A DNA stretch of 13,287 bases, taken from contig JAAOMT010000634.1 in the NCBI GenBank assembly GCA_016748015.1, forward strand, positions 3,087 to 16,373, written 5' to 3'. Positions 8,150 to 13,287 of the stretch are shown here, piece by piece; position 1 is the stretch's first letter; every line of letters starts with the position of its first letter. The position numbers and the translations under genes are program-made. The notes under the pieces were generated by a model. It saw nothing but the letters and a program-made list of their open reading frames with translations, had not been told where the DNA came from and made no database searches. Source of the DNA: Geosiphon pyriformis uo1 (lineage: Eukaryota > Fungi > Glomeromycota).

Positions 8150-11100
8150 ATTTTATCATATTATTTAATTGTTAATTGACATGAAAAATATAAATTATGA
8201 AACAATGTTCAATATTATTATTTATATATTAATAATTAAAAATCAAAAACAAAAATAAAGATTTATAAAAAAAATACAGATTTATTTGAAAATTAATTAT
8301 TTAATTTTTGATAACTTAAAAATCGTTTCAAATTTTTATTTTTAAAATTAAATTTTATGGAAACAAATATTGATGTTATATTGTTGATTTTTTTTATTTT
8401 GCCAAACATATATAAACAAACTTGATATAACAATTATGAATCTGTTAAGTATTACTTGCAAAATATTAAAAAATTTGAATAAAAATTTGAAAATTTTATG
8501 AACTGCTAAAATAATTACAAAATTTTTAGTTTAATTTCAATAAAAAGTTATTGTAAAAAACAATTAATAAAATTAAATACTTTACCAAAAAAATTTGTAA
8601 AATAATAAAAAAGATTTTTTTCAATAAAAATTTTTAATAACTAAAATAAAATTTAAAACAATGTTAAGTTAATGTATAATCATAAAATTAAATAATAAAA
8701 ATATAAGAGAGCTTGTTTTTATTAAAATATAAAAAAAGTTATTGTATTATTTTATTGCATATGAATAAAACGTTTTTATTTTTATTGTGTTAAATATAAA
8801 ATTTGCATCTTTAAATAAAAAACTTAATAAAACACAAATATTTAATTAATAATATAAACAAAAAAATAATATTTTTAATAAATATAAAATTTAACCAATA
8901 TAGTGAAAACACTTTGTGAAATAAAATATTAAAAAGTTATTAAAAAACCAAATTATGTTAGTTTAAAGTTTTAAGTTATTTTAATTATTGATTCAAAAAA
9001 ATAAACAAGAAAAACTTATGGTTAATATTAAATTAAAATTTATTTACTTAATCAATTTTAATTTTAAAATAATAATACAAAAACACATAAATTAAAAAAG
9101 TTTTAATATAAATTGAGTTTTCTAAAGACTAATTTAAATTTTACACATAAAATATTATCTGAATTATATGGTCAATAATAATAAAAACATATAATTTATT
9201 TATTTAATGTAATTATTGTGTTTTTAAAATTAATTAATAAATAAATTAATAAATAAGATTAGATAAAAATTTAAATAAATTACATACTCAAATTATAAAA
9301 GAATCTTAATGTTGAATTTAAGTTAAAAAAGTGGTTTTAATAATAACTAATAAATAGTTATTTAATATACAGTATAATGCAAAAAACTTTGCTTTTGAAA
9401 TTTTAATCAAGTATAAAAATATATTCTTTTATTAAATTTTAATAATTTTCGATTATGTAATTAATTTAAAATAACAATATAATAATTATAATTTAATTAA
9501 TTATAATTTATTACTTTTATTTATATAATCAAAAAAATACATATGTAAAAATAAATTTTTCGTAATAAGTTAATTATAAATTTTTCTTTAGATTAAAAAA
9601 TATTTTCAAATTTTTAAATAAATTTTGGCTAAAACAAAAATATTATAACAATTATTTTGTTATAATTAATAATATTGTATGACTAATTTTTTTAATCATT
9701 ATTAGATAATTATTTTTTTTAGTTTAATTAATTAATAATATAAAATTTCTTTTTATCAATTAATATTACTTCTTTATTCAATTATTTTTCAGTAAATTTT
9801 ATAATTATTTATTTTTGCCATTATTTTTTAATGATTTTTTTAATTACTTATTATTTTAGTTAATTACTTAATTATTTAGGTTTTTAATATTATTGTTTTA
9901 ATTCATTTTTTAATCTATTTTTTTTTTAAATATTTGTGAAAATTGACAAAATCTAAAATTTGAATTTTTTAATAAATTATAATTTAAAATAAATATTGTG
10001 AATTTTAATAAAAAATATATTTATAATTAAATACAATTATTTATAATGTTAATTTAACCTAAAAATTTTAAATTTTAAATTATTTTCATATTTTGGATAT
10101 ATTATGTTTTAGTGGCCAGTCAGACACTGTTAATAGCACGATCCGCATTTTTTGTATGATATTTGAATTGTGTAAAAATAGCTGGTGGCTGGACTGCACT
10201 TGTAGTGACATGAAAATAAATGTTTACAAATTGTCTGTGCTTTTGAGTTTTTTTATAAAACGTATTGAGTTTTTATAAGTACTTTATTTTCATTGTATTT
10301 TACAAGTAAAATAAATTAATTTAAAAAACTTAATAATACAAATAAGTTTATGTGAATATCAAAAAATATATTTAATTAATTTCTTTTGACAATTAAAACA
10401 ATTTATAAAAAAATGAAATAGATATTGTAAAAATTAATTTTTGTATTATGTATAATAAATTAATATTCAATAATATTTTTTAAAAAATTTAAAATTCTAT
10501 TCTATTTCTGATACTTTAATAATAATAGAAATTTTTTGACAGGTTAAAATAACATTTTAAAATAACTAAATATTGTATTTTTAAAAGATTTTAACAAGTT
10601 TTGAAAGCTATTGTTTTTACAAAAAAAACATGTTAACTTTGCTTTTAATAAATTATTTAAGCAAAAGTAAAAATATTCCAAATTAATAATAAATGTTTTA
10701 AACAGCAAATTATATTATAAAAAACAGTTTAATACAAAATCAAACACTACAATTTTTTATTTTACTTGATTAATTTTTCTAATTTAGAACTTTATTTTCT
10801 GCATTAATTTTGCATTTATTTATTTATTTAAACAGGAGAATTTCATATTAATCTTAAAATATGTAAAAAGATTAAAAAATAAATTTACAATATATAATCC
10901 AGATAATATTACTTTTTAACTTCGTAACTATTTAATTTATGATTGTGTTTCTGTTTTAAAAAAATTGTTTTTCTATTTTTATTTTGTTAATTTAAACACT
11001 TATTCTGTTTTCTATTTTTTGAACTTTCTAAAAAAAGTCTAATATTGTTAAAAAATTATAATTACAGATTAGTAAATTAATACTAATATTATTATAATTA

Positions 11101-11200
11101 AAACTTTTACTTTTTAGATTTACTTATTTATTTAATTAGCCATTCTATTTTTAGAAATAGTTATTTATATAAATATTCGTAGAAACTGTTTAAAAGAAAG
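8150..11200. other. Extreme AT desert, probably a C/G-depleted relic of repeat or transposon DNA
   Basis: For example, only 3 G/C in 9481-9540 and 4 in 10021-10080. It has blocks of strand asymmetry (A-rich ~8200-9450, T-rich ~9660-9940) and no credible ORF. The composition is observed; the transposon origin is inferred. Confidence 0.55.
10105..10207. mobile_element. Possible DNA transposon terminus with sub-terminal gcacgat-type repeats and hairpin, CACTA-like end
   Basis: 10199-10207 cttgtagtg is CACTACAAG on the minus strand, matching the first 9 nt of the En/Spm TIR. Intact gcacgat lies at 10136-10142 and an imperfect hairpin at 10149-10178. No partner TIR or TSD was found. Confidence 0.33.
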
Positions 11201-11203
11201 ATA

Positions 11204-11550
11204 TTAAGTATAGGTATCGACTATACAATATTTCATTCGAAGTCTTTGACAACTCATCCAAAACTTACCATAAAAGAATCCCGCAAATATCAAGGCAAAT
11301 TCTTTACTATATTCGAATCATCAGAAATAACTTGACTCCTCAATGGGTCTCTCCATGTTAATTCGGATATAGGTGTATTACTTACAGCAGAAAACAAATG
11401 TTGATATAGCATATTAGTATTCTTTTTTAACTTTGATTTATATTTATTAATATTGCTTCTGGTCTGGTCCGAACTGAGAGGTTCTTTATCATTTACTTTC
11501 ACGACTCCGATGGCGCATAAACTATTGACCGTTTTATAGGAAACGTCGAA
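11204..11550 (-). pseudogene. Decayed hypothetical protein ORF C (contains supplied ORF 11290-11502)
   Basis: Open from 11550: FDVSYKTVNSLCAIGVVKVNDKEPLSSDQTRSNINKYKSKLKKNTNMLYQHLFSAVSNTPISELTWRDPLRSQVISDDSNIVKNLP*YLRDSFMVSFG*VVKDFE*, then after a 1-nt shift YCIVDTYT*. There are 86 stop-free codons in AT-rich DNA, and protein-like text continues past TGA codons at 11290, 11254 and 11233. No ATG is present, so it is 5'-truncated or spliced (ctaat...ttag lies just upstream). Confidence 0.55.
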
Positions 11551-11627
11551 CTAACGCAGATATAAAATAGATTAGTTTCAATTCGTATATAATATATTAT
11601 TTTCCAGAAAACGCATGCGCTGTCAGA

Positions 11628-11978
11628 TTATAAACAAAATCTCATCTTTGTGTGGTTAGCTACTTCAAAACGCAGATAAAAATCTTTGTGTGATGCTAAG
11701 ATAGCAACATAAAATTAAGCATATATCTATAACCTAATGAACTTTCCCGCTGTCGGGGAAAAATCTTGTTGGCGGGCTATTGGGAGCTTAAGCTATTATG
11801 CTCTCTTTCTCAGTGGCACCACTATCAGCGTACTCATTATTCAATATCAACTTATATTCTACATATATAATTAAGCTACCTCCGGAAGAAGTGTCATATA
11901 TCGGGAGGAACCACGAGAATTTTGTTCTTCAACGGTTGATAAGAAATTTTAAAGTTTAGTGTGGGAATTGTTAGACAT
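11628..11978 (-). pseudogene. Decayed hypothetical protein ORF B
   Basis: ATG in good fungal context (cacaaaATGtct) at 11978. The 117-codon frame reads MSNNSHTKL*NFLSTVEEQNSRGSSRYMTLLPEVA*LYM*NIS*Y*IMSTLIVVPLRKRA**LKLPIARQQDFSPTAGKFIRL*IYA*FYVAILASHKDFYLRFEVANHTKMRFCL*. With nine internal stops, support rests on composition, position and unverified recollection of similar Glomeromycotina hypothetical proteins. Confidence 0.4.
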
Positions 11979-11987
11979 TTTGTGAAA

Positions 11988-12359
11988 TTATAGAAAATTC
12001 GAATAACCATAACGTAGGTATACTGACCTTTTAAAACGTTTTCGCCCCTCTATTTCTGGCCTCATTTAGGTATGGGGAATGTGGAGGTGACAAAAAAATT
12101 TAACAAAGAATATGCATATGCCACGAGTTAAAACAATCACGATTAAATCAAGCATGCAGAAGTTTGACGACCTTCTAATTATGATCATGAAGTAACAATA
12201 AACATCGATAAGGACTTTCCTCATTTATTGTCTATAGGCCCTTTAAAACCCAATCTTAGAGAGACAATATAAAATTCAGGCTTTAAGACCTCAGACAATG
12301 AATTTAAGGGACCAAATACTCTGAATTAATTGATCAATTGATAATATGCGGATTGACAT
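11988..12359 (-). pseudogene. Decayed hypothetical protein ORF A
   Basis: ATG 12359: MSIRILSIDQLI / RVFGPLNSLSEVLKPEFYIVSLRLGFK / GL*TINEESPYRCLLLLHDHN*KVVKLLHA*FNRDCFNSWHMHILC*IFLSPPHSPYLNEARNRGAKTF*KVSIPT / GYSNFL*. It needs frameshifts near 12320, 12240 and ~12010. It ends about 9 nt before the ATG of ORF B. The reconstruction is by eye. Confidence 0.4.
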
Positions 12360-12422
12360 CTCCAATAGCATAAATACTGATACGTAGGAAAAGATCTCAC
12401 TCAGATTTCTCATACTTTATCA

Positions 12423-13287
12423 ATGTCACTTCAACAACAATTTCACGTTTTATCCAATGATTTCGGGAATTTATTAGATAGTCAGAAATTTTCTGATCAG
12501 AATTGCTGTTGGAGAAGCACCCAATCTCAGAAATTTTCATGCTCATTCACAAATTTTAGCAGCAAGATCACCATATTTTGCCGTAGCACTCTCTAATAAT
12601 TGGGTTAAAAGGGAAAGCAATGCCATTATCTTCGCTAAACCTAATATTTCACCTGAAATTTTTGAAATAATTCTCAGGTAAGGGTTTTTATTTGCTTCAA
12701 AGTATTTTGGCCAATATCAATTCATATCTTTTATTTTCATGTACAGATATATTTATAATGGTGAGATCTCTCTTGATAAACATGGAGTCTCTACCATTTT
12801 AGAATTGCTTGCTACCGCTGACGAACTTATTCTAGAGAATCTTATTGATCTCCTTGAAGATTATTTGATTCAACACCATGCAAAAGAGCTAGAAAAAAAT
12901 TTCATCACTTTGCAGAATATCTCATTTATGCATGATTCTTTCAAAAAGTTACAAGAATTCTGCACCGAAATAGCTGCTAACAATCCAGCTATAGTCTTCA
13001 ATTCCCAAGATTTCACCTCCCTCAGTGAAAACGTTCTTTCCTCAATTTTAACTCGAAATGACCTAAATATAGATGAATCTGAAATCTGGGAAAAAATTGT
13101 GGAATGGGGAGTTACTAAATTGGATAACAATATTCAGATGAAGAACGTTCTTTACTGGACAGATGAAAACTTTAACGCTTTTAAGGAATCCATTGAAAGA
13201 CTTTTACCTTTAATTCGCTTCTTTAACATATCTTCAGTTGACTTCTATCACAAAGTAAAACCATTTGCGAGAATCTTACCTGGAACT
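12423..13287 (+). CDS. BTB/POZ-BACK domain protein (3'-truncated by the window), with a frameshift at ~12498; pseudogene or sequence error
   Basis: ATG 12423 MSLQQQFHVLSNDFGNLLDSQKFSD, then shifted frame from 12499 RIAVGEAPNLRNFHAHSQILAARSPYFAVALSNNWVKRESNAIIFAKPNISPEIFEIIL. Intron 12678-12746 (gtaagg...gtacag, phase 2) is followed by RYIYNGEISLD...LELLATADELILENLIDLLEDYLI...FKKLQEFCTEI...VFNSQDFTSLSENVLSSILTRNDLNIDESEIWEKIVEWG...LLPLIRFFNISSVDFYHKVKPFARILPGT, open to the window end. These are canonical BTB (HxxILAARSxYF, YIYxG, ADEL) and BACK (ExxIWxxxxxW, IRF) motifs. Confidence 0.92.
12678..12746 (+). other. 69-nt GT-AG spliceosomal intron in the BTB gene
   Basis: ag|gtaagg donor, pyrimidine tract and tacag| acceptor. 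Removal restores IILR-YIY of the BTB fold. Confidence 0.93.

Noticed and set aside
9841-9880. Imperfect 20-nt tandem duplication taattactta...
   Set aside because: Two low-complexity units only; not a CRISPR or satellite array.
10093-10278. Supplied 61-aa ORF over the GC island
   Set aside because: Non-ATG start and no motif; the island is better explained by DNA-level repeats and a hairpin.
10745-10752. Second cactacaa on the + strand
   Set aside because: Faces away from the 10207 end, so it cannot be its partner TIR, and the similarity stops at 8 nt.
11743-11762. GC hairpin tttcccg-ctgt-cggggaaa resembling an intrinsic terminator
   Set aside because: Eukaryotic context, bulged short stem, and it lies inside putative ORF B.
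12168-12272. + frame RPSNYDHEVTINIDKDFPHLL resembling the pre-RT region of Ty3/Gypsy Pol
   Set aside because: No RT motifs follow, and the minus-strand ORF A reading explains a longer stretch.
12870-13130. Supplied 86-aa minus-strand ORF
   Set aside because: Antisense shadow of the BACK-domain exon.

Overview
Very AT-rich eukaryotic DNA with short GT-AG introns. The gene families point to an arbuscular mycorrhizal fungus (Glomeromycotina); this is an inference from protein motifs, not a search. The window is mostly decaying sequence, and none of the supplied ORFs looks like a complete real gene. In order: (1) a 7-exon + strand pseudogene (1751-3576) for an Ig-like-ectodomain, multi-pass membrane protein with an EDIPQxxxQ motif, in which two donors read AT instead of GT and a T-run shifts the frame; (2) a short kinase-like fragment on the - strand (~4870-5085); (3) a more eroded tandem paralog of gene 1 (~5300-6885) with a ~105-nt insertion; (4) a (TAT)n microsatellite and a possible Cys-motif ORF relic (7553-7910); (5) a ~3 kb extreme AT desert (8150-11200) holding a ~100-nt GC-richer island with a transition-eroded hairpin and a CACTA-like end; (6) three tightly packed, apparently intronless, decayed - strand ORFs (11204-12359) arranged like a virus/Polinton cassette; (7) a BTB/POZ-BACK gene starting at 12423 and running off the end, with one intron and an early frameshift on a palindrome. 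No rRNA, tRNA or CRISPR array was seen.
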